A program made the translations under genes and the position numbers. A stretch of 64,000 nucleotides of DNA from assembly GCA_041641305.1 (NCBI GenBank), contig JBEPYN010000002.1, positions 512,001 to 576,000 on the forward strand, given 5' to 3'. The DNA is from Nitrososphaerota archaeon (lineage in GTDB: Archaea; Thermoproteota; Nitrososphaeria_A; Caldarchaeales; Caldarchaeaceae). The notes beneath the pieces are model-generated. The model was given only the letters and a program-made list of their open reading frames with translations, had not been told where the DNA came from and did no database searches. Shown here piece by piece: positions 38,574-48,234 of this stretch; position 1 is the stretch's first letter, and the number at the start of each line of letters is the position of its first letter.

Positions 38574-38647
38574 GGGCCGATGTATCAGTCTGGGAAAAAC
38601 TAGGCTTCGCACACCAGAGATATGAGGGTTCAAACCCCTTCCCACCA
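38574..38647 (+). pseudogene. Degenerate tRNA-like sequence (resembles tRNA-Ala CGC)
   Basis: 74 nt: GGGCCG start, TCAGTCTGG D-loop-like segment, TTCGCAC loop, intact T-arm GAGGG-TTCAAAC-CCCTT, CACCA end; acceptor and D stems are broken. Confidence 0.45.
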
Positions 38648-39029
38648 GAAAAATATTCTTATGTGTTTTTTCGGCATGGTTTAGTGTTTGAGTATCTTGT
38701 TTGCATCTAATGCGTGCGATAGAAGAAATATGCCGCAAGGAGAAAATTTCAGAGGAAATTATCACGTCTCTAACTCGGAGTTTCCGTGATGAATACTAGT
38801 GCCATCGGCATCTTGGACCAACCATCCCTCCTAGACAACCCTTCAAAGCTATTGTTGACAGTGCATGTAGTGTGTGCGTATTGGGTGGTTGTGCTTAGGT
38901 CTTACACTCCGCCTAATTCCTTAACGGCACAACAAAGGCCAAAGGTATACCCAAAAACTCACAAAAATCTATTGAGAGCTAAAGGATTTATGTCTGTGCT
39001 TCTATTGTAACTTAAATGCGGTGTGGTAG

Positions 39030-40907
39030 ATGGGGGTTATCGTCTGCGTCGGTAGAAAAGGTAATGTAAAGAAATCTATTATCGATGGAGTTCATTTGAG
39101 TGATTTAAGGATTGCTGATGAAGCGCTAGTTAGAGAATTAAGTAGCAAGCATCCAGACGGGTTTGTCCGGATGTGGGGGTTCAAGGAGAAAGTGCGTTAT
39201 CTTTGGAGACGCGCCCGTTTGAGCAAATATGCCCTATTTACTTATCACCCCCGGCAAGCATTGTATGCAGGTAAAATATCCCTTGTTTATCCTTTTAATG
39301 AAGACGATGAAAAACAGCTAGAAGTCAGTACCATAATATCCACCGATGTTTGGGGGAGAGACCTTGATGGACAGACTTGGAAGTATCTCGTATTTCTTAG
39401 TGATGTGAGAGAGGTTTTACTGGGTGTAGAGACTTTGAATGATTTGACGGGGTATAAGCTACATGTCTTTCGAAACTCTTTTTACATTACCGACAACAAA
39501 GCTATGAGACTTGAACAGTTTCTAAATCGCTACTTAGAGGAATCCGTCGAACCTTCTCGTAAAATTACGCCTTTTCAGTTAGCGCGGGAGCGACTTCGCT
39601 CACTGTTTGGAATAATGACTCCCAAGTCAGAAGACTCCTCGTTTTTACCGTCTTCAGCCACGCCATATGAGCGGATGAGAAATTTACGAATCCCTGCTAA
39701 AGAGGAATCGATAGGCACACCGTCCCGAATGATTCGAGACATCGCCGACGCAGAGACATTAAGTGAGGACGCGGAGGTTAAGAGATTAGATGAAGAGTTC
39801 ATCAACTATTTGGATTCGTTGCTAGTGGACCGACTCGAGGAAACAATAAAATTCGGGAAATGGTTATCCGTGTCAACCCTAACTCAATACTATTTTGATT
39901 TGTTCGGGCCAGAAATATTTTTCGATCACATGCTTGCTATTAGTCAGCAATATTCAATATGCGAAACAGAAATTGTGAGCGAGGAGGGCTCATCTAAAAT
40001 GACAACCGGTTTTAATTTGGCACTTTTCGGTGAGCCTGGAACTGGAAAGTCATTTACCTCTAGAGACATGATTCTCGGTAGTGAAGATAAAGGCATACCA
40101 CCCCACGGAATCCCGGGCCGTAACAGATACTGTGGAGGCATGACTCCCGCAAAGTTCATAGAGGTCGGTCAAGCATATGAAAACAAAAAATTCAATTTCA
40201 TAGTAACAGAGTTTAACGACTGGTTCAAATACAGGGGAATGGTGGAGCCGCTTAAGTTAGCCATGGAAAGGGGTTCTATACGGTATGAGACTAAGAGATA
40301 TACTGTTGGTCCGTACCGCTTCACCTCCTTCTTTAGCGTGAATTATAATACGCGAGTTTATGACAAAGGATACGGAGTCACTGTGTCGGACCCGAATTTT
40401 AACGCTATAGAAGACAGGATGTTATGCAGGTTACATAGATTGACCAAAGCAAAATATCAAGAATTGGCAAAAAGTCAGCGAGAAATGATGTTGGGCAAAA
40501 TGCAATCTAAGATGAAAATGTTTGCGCCCCGGCTTAGAGATCATTTGACGTTATGTTACGCTATTCAGACACGGAATACTAAAGTAAATAAAACCTTCTC
40601 GGAAAAGAGGGTCTTGCTGACTAAAAACTTGTTTGATATGCTTGATAAGGCCAGAGATTTAGTTTTGGAAAACCTGAGAACAGGAATAGTCCCTTTCTCG
40701 GCGAGGCTAGAAAGCAGAGCTGTTCAATTGGCTTCTGCCATGTCGCTGATGAACTATTTTAATAGGGAGCACTATATTATATCGGTAGATAATATTGCTG
40801 CTAAAATGGCGACTAGATTTTTTGTAGAAGAAGCATGGATCAGGTCAGGCGAGACATTTCCGATCCGTGAAGTCATCAGAAAACTTGACCTAGAATTTAT
40901 AGACTAA
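39030..40907 (+). CDS. Hypothetical protein: PUA/EVE-like N-terminal domain plus divergent MCM-like AAA+ ATPase
   Basis: Walker A GEPGTGKS, Walker B variant FIVTEFND, LKLAMERG and AIEDRM; Trp-rich N-terminus (MWG..LW..VWG..WKYLVFL..LN..TGY). Confidence 0.65.
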   Translation: MGVIVCVGRKGNVKKSIIDGVHLSDLRIADEALVRELSSKHPDGFVRMWGFKEKVRYLWRRARLSKYALFTYHPRQALYAGKISLVYPFNEDDEKQLEVSTIISTDVWGRDLDGQTWKYLVFLSDVREVLLGVETLNDLTGYKLHVFRNSFYITDNKAMRLEQFLNRYLEESVEPSRKITPFQLARERLRSLFGIMTPKSEDSSFLPSSATPYERMRNLRIPAKEESIGTPSRMIRDIADAETLSEDAEVKRLDEEFINYLDSLLVDRLEETIKFGKWLSVSTLTQYYFDLFGPEIFFDHMLAISQQYSICETEIVSEEGSSKMTTGFNLALFGEPGTGKSFTSRDMILGSEDKGIPPHGIPGRNRYCGGMTPAKFIEVGQAYENKKFNFIVTEFNDWFKYRGMVEPLKLAMERGSIRYETKRYTVGPYRFTSFFSVNYNTRVYDKGYGVTVSDPNFNAIEDRMLCRLHRLTKAKYQELAKSQREMMLGKMQSKMKMFAPRLRDHLTLCYAIQTRNTKVNKTFSEKRVLLTKNLFDMLDKARDLVLENLRTGIVPFSARLESRAVQLASAMSLMNYFNREHYIISVDNIAAKMATRFFVEEAWIRSGETFPIREVIRKLDLEFID

Positions 40908-41149
40908 GAGACAAAGATAAAAGCTCCGGCTGGAAAACGGTCGAAGGACCCGAGAACCGGAAAACCATTCAAGACCAAGAAACGACTAAACCATGAGCAA
41001 GAAGTCTAACGGTTTTTTATGAAAGTTGAGTTCACAATAGAAACGAAACCACAGCCTCTCGAAGACATGACGCCGCCGCAAGCCAACACTTTCTCCATTC
41101 TTCCTTAGTCGTACAGAACCTCTAGGCTCTATCACAAAGTAATTAAATG

Positions 41150-41244
41150 TGCCCCGGGGCGGACTTGAACCGCCGACATCCCGGTCTTCAGCCGGGCGAT
41201 AGAGGAAACTTTTGTTTCTCTCTCCCAGTCTGAGCTACCGGGGC
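41150..41244 (-). tRNA. tRNA-Phe(GAA) with a 21-nt intron at position 24/25 (41199-41219)
   Basis: GCCCCGG/CCGGGGC acceptor, CCCGG-CTGAAGA-CCGGG anticodon arm, GGCGG-TTCAAGT-CCGCC T-arm; the D stem is restored when the insert is removed. Confidence 0.93.
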
Positions 41245-41318
41245 GCGGTATGAGTTTTTCATGGCTTGATTTAAGGTGTTTGCTGTTTTGTGTTTTTATG
41301 TAGGTTGTTTGGTTTAGG

Positions 41319-41858
41319 GTGGGGTTGGTGTCTAAGCAGCCTGTGGCGGCGGGGAGGTTTGTTAAAGGCTATGTTTCGGGTTTTGTGGCTAGGGTTGTTT
41401 CCGATGGTATTGTTTACTTCTTTACTTTGTCTACGCTTGAGGGTGAGGATGTGGTTTTCAGGATGCGGCAGCCCCCTGAATGGGTGTATACAGGCACGCC
41501 GGTGGAGGGGCTGTTGGTGAAGGCTGACGACGTTTACCAGATTCAGGACCTTTCTCAAGCGGCTGAGCTCGCTCAGCCACGTGTCGTCGAGGTCGACCGA
41601 TGCGATGTAACCTACGTAGGCACGGGCTCTGCGAAGAAACCTGTTGTCACTGGGTCAGCGGGTAGGATGGTGATTTCCGCGCCGGCGATAAGCATGGGTG
41701 TGGCGAGAAAAGCTGAGAAAATAGGATACACAAAATGTGTGTTGCATGTGGCTGACTTGGCGACGGGGGCGAGAATAGTGGCGGTCCAAACACCTCAAGA
41801 ACACAGACGAGACACCTCCATGAAGAAAGTGATAACTATGCTGAGTCATGGCGATTAG
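41319..41858 (+). CDS. Hypothetical beta-rich protein, likely co-transcribed with topoisomerase IA
   Basis: Fills the gap and ends 3 nt before the topA start. Confidence 0.7.
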   Translation: MGLVSKQPVAAGRFVKGYVSGFVARVVSDGIVYFFTLSTLEGEDVVFRMRQPPEWVYTGTPVEGLLVKADDVYQIQDLSQAAELAQPRVVEVDRCDVTYVGTGSAKKPVVTGSAGRMVISAPAISMGVARKAEKIGYTKCVLHVADLATGARIVAVQTPQEHRRDTSMKKVITMLSHGD

Positions 41859-41861
41859 TAG

Positions 41862-43664
41862 ATGACTTTGGACAAAGGTGCGATGGGTGGAGAGAAGCTG
41901 ATTATAGTGGCCGAGAAGGCCAGCGTTGCTAGGGCGATAAAGGCGGTGGTCGCCGCAGCCAAGGCCAACGCCGTGGTCTCATCCGTTAGAGGCCACATGA
42001 TGGAGGCTGATCTGCCGGATGGCTACGAATGGGGTGCAAAGCATCCTCTAGAGATTATCAAGCTGAGGAAAGTTGTTGACAAAATTTCGGACAACCGTGT
42101 GTTTGAGCAGCTGGTCAAAGTTTTCAGCGGGGGAGGCTTGCTCGTTATAGCGACGGACAACGACTCCGAGGGAGAGCTCATCGGCTATGAAATTCTACAG
42201 GTTTACCGCCGTGTCAGGGGCGGCGAACCCGTTGTCTTCAGGATGCGTTTTAACTCTGTTGACCGCCGTGAGCTCTTCGCAAGCTTACGGAACCTCGAGA
42301 AAGGGCTTAACATGCGCTGGGTTGAGAAGGCGCGTTTCCGCCAAATCTTCGACTTGGTCACAGGAGCCGCATTCACGCGGTTGCTTACGCTGTCTACTCG
42401 AAGGCTTGCACCTGTCAGGGTGATTAGCTGGGGCTCATGCCAAACACCAACTCTAAACTTCGTCGTCGAAAGAGAGAAAGAAATACAGCGGTTCAAACCG
42501 CAAAAATACTGGGTTCTAGAAGCCACTCTGAGAACTGCAGGCGGAGAAGAGTTCAAGGCTGCGACGCAGCAGATATGGAGCAGGGAGAAGGCGGAGCAGG
42601 CTTTTGAGAAGGCTCGGAAAGCTGGTGAGGCTGTTGTCACAGCCTACAGCAAGGCTGAGAAAACCCTGCCAAGGCCGCTTCCGATGAGGACCGACGACGT
42701 TCTCAGGGATTTGACGAGGATAACGGGGGTTTCGGCTAACAGGCTGCTGGCCATGATGGAGGAGCTTTACGCCGAGGGCTACATCAGCTATCCACGCACC
42801 GACACCAACAGGTATAGACGCGGCTTCGACTTCCAAACACCTCTCAACGCCGTAACGGCCGCAGATGCCCTGCGGGACGCGAAACCAGATAAATCAGAAC
42901 CCGTTCCAAGAAACGGGTCAAGAGACGATGGAGCTCATCCGCCCATTTACCCTGTGGCCACCTACCGCGGCACCGGTGTTTTAATGCAAATATGGGAATA
43001 CATAGCCCGGCGCTTCTACGCCAACGCCTTCTTCGACGACGCTGTTCAGTCAACCTCAAGGGCCGAAATAGACATAGATGAGTTAACATTTTCAGCCGAG
43101 GGCTCGACGACCACAAAACAAGGTTACCTACAGGTCTTCACATATTTCCGGCCCCGCGATAAGCCACTTCCGGAGCTCATGGTGGGTGAAAAGCTTCGGA
43201 TAATCGACGTGGCTATTCGGGAGGATGAGACAAAGCCTCCGCCACGCCTGACCGAGGCCGACCTCCTGAAACTGATGGAGAAAAACGGTATAGGAACCGA
43301 TGCAACACGCGCATCCTTCCCTCAGCTGATAACTGAGCGCAACTACGCCGTGAGGGTTGGCAGGGTTTTCAAGCCGACGCCTCTGGGAATGGCGTTGATC
43401 GAGGCTTTAGCCGAGGCAGATACACGGCTTGTAACACCTGAGACGAGGCGGCTTGTCGAAGACTATATGGCGAAAATCGAGCGCGGGGAAACAGGGTTTG
43501 AAGAAAGCCTTGAGCAAAGCCTCCGACTCTACGAGGAGCTTCTCAAGAGATGCAGCGATAAAATAGATGAGATCAGCAGTAGCCTCGCCCAACACATCAA
43601 ACCCATGGCTCGAAAGAAAGCGGCTAAAAAGAAACATGATGGATTCACAAACCTTAATAAATAA
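41862..43664 (+). CDS. topA: Type IA DNA topoisomerase (no C-terminal Zn ribbons)
   Basis: IVAEK, ATDND.EGE, GSCQTPTL, catalytic-Tyr motif ISYPRT and GIGTDATR. Confidence 0.95.
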   Translation: MTLDKGAMGGEKLIIVAEKASVARAIKAVVAAAKANAVVSSVRGHMMEADLPDGYEWGAKHPLEIIKLRKVVDKISDNRVFEQLVKVFSGGGLLVIATDNDSEGELIGYEILQVYRRVRGGEPVVFRMRFNSVDRRELFASLRNLEKGLNMRWVEKARFRQIFDLVTGAAFTRLLTLSTRRLAPVRVISWGSCQTPTLNFVVEREKEIQRFKPQKYWVLEATLRTAGGEEFKAATQQIWSREKAEQAFEKARKAGEAVVTAYSKAEKTLPRPLPMRTDDVLRDLTRITGVSANRLLAMMEELYAEGYISYPRTDTNRYRRGFDFQTPLNAVTAADALRDAKPDKSEPVPRNGSRDDGAHPPIYPVATYRGTGVLMQIWEYIARRFYANAFFDDAVQSTSRAEIDIDELTFSAEGSTTTKQGYLQVFTYFRPRDKPLPELMVGEKLRIIDVAIREDETKPPPRLTEADLLKLMEKNGIGTDATRASFPQLITERNYAVRVGRVFKPTPLGMALIEALAEADTRLVTPETRRLVEDYMAKIERGETGFEESLEQSLRLYEELLKRCSDKIDEISSSLAQHIKPMARKKAAKKKHDGFTNLNK

Positions 43665-43687
43665 ATAATGTTGAGACGTGCTGAGAG

Positions 43688-44836
43688 ATGGTTGTGCTGT
43701 TTGCCGCGTTTCTGAACCCGTCGTCAGGTGGAGACAATATCCTATCCCTATTGCTGTCGCTTGTATGGTTTGCTTTTTTGATGATTTTCTTCCTTTATCC
43801 ATCGTTTGGTCAGCGTATGCAGCTCTCTTACATGCTTCGAGACCTTGAGAGGAAGTTGAACAAGCTCAAGCTCATCAAGGACGAGATTAACCAGATAACT
43901 GTTGAGACAATTAAGCGGGTTGGTAAGCCTGAGAAAGACCCCGCGCCCGACATAAACAGGCTGAGCGAGTTCTTCGTAATCCAGCCCGAATCAATGGACC
44001 CCTATGGCTTGGTCTACAAACTGGAGCATATTCTCGAGACAGGGGAATCGGTGTATGAGGAGGAGGTGGCTAAGCTGGCGCCCCATGCGACAGAGCATCA
44101 GGTCAAGTCTTTGACAAACCTTGTAGAAGTTCTCCGCGGGATCAACACAATATACCGCGTCGTCCGCCACTACTACCTGCTGGGTAAAAAGACCGCCAAC
44201 ATCTACATGGTTCTACAGATACAGATGATTCTGCCGCAGATAATAGAGATAGCCGAGTCCTATAGGCAGGCGGCTGTCGCCTTCAGCAAGGGGCAGCCGA
44301 TAGGCGACGGTGTTGGCCCGCTTGTTGCCGCGAAGCTTGTGGATGGTTCGGAGAAAGATAGGTATGAGATTGCTAAGGACACGGTTGTTCAGGAGATTGA
44401 GCTGGATAACAGGAGGGTCTATGTTGTCAGGGCCATTGGGCCGGGTGGAACGGTGGGAAGACCCGGGGAAGGCGTCAAACAGCTTGTTGAGAGGCTCGGT
44501 GAAAACCCGAAGCTCATTATAACCATCGATGCGGCCCTCAAGCTTGAGGGGGAGGAGACGGGTAAAATCGCCGAAGGAGTGGGTGTAGCGATAGGGGGGC
44601 CTGGTGTTGACAAGTATAAGATAGAGGAGCTGGCGAAGAGCCGCGGCATTCCGCTATATGCCTTCGTCATCTTCCAATCCATCACAGAGGCCATAACACC
44701 CATGCGTGAATCCATCGCCAAAGCTGCTGACCAAGTGCTTGAGAAAGTTAAGCAGCTGATTCTGGAAAAAGTGAAGAGCGGCGAGTCCGTGATAGTCGCA
44801 GGCATCGGTAACACCATCGGGGTGGGCTTGGGATGA
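43688..44836 (+). CDS. DUF1512 family protein
   Basis: PIGDG.GPL, GPGG.VG, IDAALKLEGE and GIGNT motifs. Confidence 0.85.
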   Translation: MVVLFAAFLNPSSGGDNILSLLLSLVWFAFLMIFFLYPSFGQRMQLSYMLRDLERKLNKLKLIKDEINQITVETIKRVGKPEKDPAPDINRLSEFFVIQPESMDPYGLVYKLEHILETGESVYEEEVAKLAPHATEHQVKSLTNLVEVLRGINTIYRVVRHYYLLGKKTANIYMVLQIQMILPQIIEIAESYRQAAVAFSKGQPIGDGVGPLVAAKLVDGSEKDRYEIAKDTVVQEIELDNRRVYVVRAIGPGGTVGRPGEGVKQLVERLGENPKLIITIDAALKLEGEETGKIAEGVGVAIGGPGVDKYKIEELAKSRGIPLYAFVIFQSITEAITPMRESIAKAADQVLEKVKQLILEKVKSGESVIVAGIGNTIGVGLG

Positions 44837-45054
44837 GCGAGCCATCAATTGTATTAGGTGGACGATCAAGAGAGAAGACACCGGAGCCTCTTACGTTCCT
44901 CAAATGCCTCAGCTGCGGTGTCGAGAACTCGAGACCATTCAGAGAAAATGACTATGTTTTGAAGATTGTTGAGGATGAGAAATGTCCCAAATGCGGCGGC
45001 ACTCGAAGCAAGATTGTGAACATCTACGTGCCCGAGAAGAAGATGTCTAAGTAA
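44833..45054 (+). CDS. Small zinc-ribbon protein
   Basis: CLSC..RPF..DYV..CPKC..IY. Confidence 0.75.
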   Translation: MSEPSIVLGGRSREKTPEPLTFLKCLSCGVENSRPFRENDYVLKIVEDEKCPKCGGTRSKIVNIYVPEKKMSK

Positions 45055-45949
45055 TCACCGTGCAGCCGTCCTTTTCCACCAAAACAGTGTGCTCGGCCTG
45101 CGCCACCGGCTTATTCAGCCTCTCAACGAGCACAGGATAGGCCTTAACCCTGCCGGTTTTGACCAGCCTTTCATGGACGGAAATGGTTTCATGTCCCAAG
45201 TCTGTAAGCCATCGCAGGCTGTAGGGGAGGCCGTCGAACCTCTCGGATAAGGTCTTCAAGAGGTTGGACTCGGGGGTGGATGCTTGGCCGGTGAAGGGCT
45301 TGCCCAGCCTGAATATTGTCGCGTTTCTATGCTCAACTACTTCTCCGAAGCCGTCGGCGACTGTTGCGAAAGGCTCTATCGCGTATATGTGGCCTTCTTG
45401 AAGCTTGGCCCCGTCTCCTGCAGCTATGTTGGGTATTGAGACGCCTGCGTGAAGGTTGTATCGCTGAATCTCATGGCCTGTGAGGTTGCGTATAGGCTTC
45501 ACACCATAACGGGTCAAAACGTTCTGCACCGCCGCCCCGACCGCGGAGACCTTTACACCCGCGGACACAGTTTTCACAGCAGCTTTCAAAGCCTCTTCAA
45601 CAGCTGTCTTCAACATTTCACCAACCGCGGTGTCGGTGACTGTTACAGCGGTGTCGGCGATGTATCCATCCAACAGTACACCGAAATCAATTTTCGCAAC
45701 AAAATTTCTATGCAGAGTTGAGGTGTCGCCTGGAGGAGGAGAATAATGTGCCGCAACACCGTCTACGGAGATGTTGCATGGGAAAGCAGGCTTGCAGCCA
45801 CTGTCAAAAATCATGTTCTCTATCTTCTCCGCTATCTGCAGCAGACTAACACCCGGAGAGACGATTAAGGGCACAGCTGCTCTGATGCGTCTCGCAACCT
45901 CCCCAGCTGTGAACAACGCATCCAGCCCAGACAACCCGTTACACAGCAT
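45047..45949 (-). CDS. map: Methionine aminopeptidase type II
   Basis: AFPCNIS, AAHYSP, KIDFG, DTA, NLTGH, AIEPF and QAEHT motifs. Confidence 0.95.
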   Translation of the reverse strand: MLCNGLSGLDALFTAGEVARRIRAAVPLIVSPGVSLLQIAEKIENMIFDSGCKPAFPCNISVDGVAAHYSPPPGDTSTLHRNFVAKIDFGVLLDGYIADTAVTVTDTAVGEMLKTAVEEALKAAVKTVSAGVKVSAVGAAVQNVLTRYGVKPIRNLTGHEIQRYNLHAGVSIPNIAAGDGAKLQEGHIYAIEPFATVADGFGEVVEHRNATIFRLGKPFTGQASTPESNLLKTLSERFDGLPYSLRWLTDLGHETISVHERLVKTGRVKAYPVLVERLNKPVAQAEHTVLVEKDGCTVIT

Positions 45950-45982
45950 CCTGATCCAGGTTATTTACCCTAGCGCCAGCCG

Positions 45983-46750
45983 CTACTTTTTCTGACCCGT
46001 GCGCATTTTTTCCACAAGCTCAGATATCTTGGTGTTCAGCTCAGCCACGAGCTCGTTTCTCAGCTCAGGCTGGGCCACTAGGATAACAACCTCGAGCACA
46101 GCCTCGTTTTGTCCACGCTCCTTAACGGATACAATCGGTGGAAACCTTTGGTCAAGCTTGCCTCTGTACTTGTTGCAGAGCTTGAGTATCTCGGTCTCAG
46201 CATGTGGTATACTCACGCCCTGTGGAATATGGACAGTCAAAGTGGCTCTCCGCGGAGCGATTGGGGAGAGGTTTAGAGATATTTCTTTGAGTAGAACGGA
46301 GTTGGGGACGACTGCTACGGAACCTTCTTCTAGGATTAGGAGCGATGCGACTGGGTTGATTTCGACCACCTTGCCCCTGAAGCTGGAGACCTGAATTTCG
46401 TCTCCCACGTTGATGGGTATGAAGCTTCCAATCAGATATCTCGAGGAGATGTTGCTGAGAATGTCGCGGACCGCAATAATAGCTGCCACGCCAGCCAGTC
46501 CTATGAGTAGAAAAAGAACGTCGAGGTTGAGTCCAAGCTGGTTAACGATGAACAGCAGCCCTACCAGCCAGATAAAAATCGAGACACCTCTGGTTATCTG
46601 CTCGTTCAGCAGCGGGGGTGCTCTGAACAACAGTCTGCGAAGAATCGATGAGGCTATACGCGCTACGAGAGCTGTGACAAGAAGCATGATCGCTACAATG
46701 GCCAATTGTAGAGTTATCGCTGTGAGCTCGGGAAGCTCCGCCAAAATCAT
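45983..46750 (-). CDS. Small-conductance mechanosensitive channel (MscS family)
   Basis: 3 TM helices, RDILSN, GDEI..G.V.EI and VPNS motifs. Confidence 0.85.
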   Translation of the reverse strand: MILAELPELTAITLQLAIVAIMLLVTALVARIASSILRRLLFRAPPLLNEQITRGVSIFIWLVGLLFIVNQLGLNLDVLFLLIGLAGVAAIIAVRDILSNISSRYLIGSFIPINVGDEIQVSSFRGKVVEINPVASLLILEEGSVAVVPNSVLLKEISLNLSPIAPRRATLTVHIPQGVSIPHAETEILKLCNKYRGKLDQRFPPIVSVKERGQNEAVLEVVILVAQPELRNELVAELNTKISELVEKMRTGQKK

Positions 46751-48096
46751 CCAACCACCTCCTCAACAATTTTCCTCTCAGCCTCGATGCCTCTTTCTAA
46801 CGTGCAGAGTTTTGCGGTTTCACGGCCTCTGTCACCCATCTCCCTAGCGAGTGAATCGTTCTCCAACAATTGTAGCATCCTATCGGCCAAGCCATCGACA
46901 TCATCGGGTTCAAAAACGTATCCGTTGTAGCCATCTTCGACGAGCTCGGCTATGCCGGCTGTGCTGCTTACTATCGCTGGTTTGCCGTACAGCCAGCTTT
47001 CCACAACCACCAGCCCGAACCCTTCGGTGACCGAGGGAAGCACCGTGAACTGGGAGAGTGTATATGCTGCCTCAAGCTCCTTCTGGGTGACATGACCTGT
47101 GAATACAACATGTCGTTCGAGGCCGAAGCTTTTCACAAGACCTGTGAGATAATCGCGCCACATCTCACCCTTAGAGAGGCCTAAACCCTGTCGGGAGCTG
47201 GAAAAGCTACCGTTACCCACGATCAGAAGCTTGGCATCATGTTTTTTCACGACCTTAGCCAAAGCCTTGATAGCCCTATCATGCCCCTTCATTGGATCCA
47301 TTCTAGCTACTATTGAAACGATTTTGTCATCCATGCTGAGTCCATGCTTGTCTGCAAAACGCTGTAAATCGCCTCGTGTAGGTGCTCCATACTGACCTGC
47401 GTCGATGTAGGGATATACGTAGTAGGCTTTGCCGCCGTAACCTATGTTGAGGAGAGTTTTCATGTAGTTTTTGGAGCTGACTACGATGGCGTCGTAGGAG
47501 TTCAAAAACCTCACCAGAAACTCGGGCCACTCGGGCGGTATGACTCGTTTGTCGAAGGGGATGTGCCACCTAAAAATTTTTGGCTTCATGGTTTTCATCA
47601 TCTCACCCATAGGTAGTTGCTGAAAATCATGAATATAGAAAACGTCAAAATCTATTTCTTTGTCAAGTGTCATCGCTGTTTCGCTGCATACTCTGTTATA
47701 CATGTTGTAGTAGATGTAGTCTTCTGACCATGCGAGTTCGAGGAGCGAGAGTGTTGACTCATTCTGCATACCGTGGAAAATCTTCCACATGCTTTCCTTC
47801 ACCGCACCATAGCCCTTCAAAGCCTCGGACCCGAGCTTTACAAAATGCAGCCACAGCCTATCCAAGCGTATCTTATCAGGTGCAGCCGGGTTGAGAGATA
47901 TCCAATGAGCCTCTTCCAGAAAATTTGATTCAAGCATGTGAGATAATAGGGGGTAAACCATTCTAGTCACCCCGCCAGGTGAGTAGATATAATCAGCGCC
48001 CTCCACAAGCTCCGAAAAATCAACAGACTCCACGACGCCTTCAACGGGCCTCAGAAAACGTATGAGCGGAGTTTGTGAACAAACAAGCATCCGCAT
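46747..48096 (-). CDS. GT4 glycosyltransferase (TreT-like)
   Basis: IHDFQ, RWHIP, ARMDPMKG and EGFGLVVVES motifs. Confidence 0.85.
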   Translation of the reverse strand: MRMLVCSQTPLIRFLRPVEGVVESVDFSELVEGADYIYSPGGVTRMVYPLLSHMLESNFLEEAHWISLNPAAPDKIRLDRLWLHFVKLGSEALKGYGAVKESMWKIFHGMQNESTLSLLELAWSEDYIYYNMYNRVCSETAMTLDKEIDFDVFYIHDFQQLPMGEMMKTMKPKIFRWHIPFDKRVIPPEWPEFLVRFLNSYDAIVVSSKNYMKTLLNIGYGGKAYYVYPYIDAGQYGAPTRGDLQRFADKHGLSMDDKIVSIVARMDPMKGHDRAIKALAKVVKKHDAKLLIVGNGSFSSSRQGLGLSKGEMWRDYLTGLVKSFGLERHVVFTGHVTQKELEAAYTLSQFTVLPSVTEGFGLVVVESWLYGKPAIVSSTAGIAELVEDGYNGYVFEPDDVDGLADRMLQLLENDSLAREMGDRGRETAKLCTLERGIEAERKIVEEVVG

Positions 48097-48160
48097 ACAT
48101 TCTTCAGCATCATCCGACCCCTTTATACATTATCTAGTCAACCTTTCTCGAACATATGTT

Positions 48161-48234
48161 TGCGGCCGGCGGGATTTGAACCCGCGACTACCAGCGTGGA
48201 AGGCTGGTGTCCTACCAGGCTAGACCACGGCCGC
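48161..48234 (-). tRNA. tRNA-Gly(TCC)
   Basis: GCGGCCG/CGGCCGC acceptor, CCAGC-CTTCCAC-GCTGG anticodon arm, GCGGG-TTCAAAT-CCCGC T-arm. Confidence 0.95.

Noticed and set aside
38650-39029. Short ORFs (38547..38765, 38786..39010) and a possible attL/attR duplication of the tRNA-Phe 3' end
   Set aside because: No recognisable motifs, no direct repeat of the tRNA-Phe end found, and no integrase.
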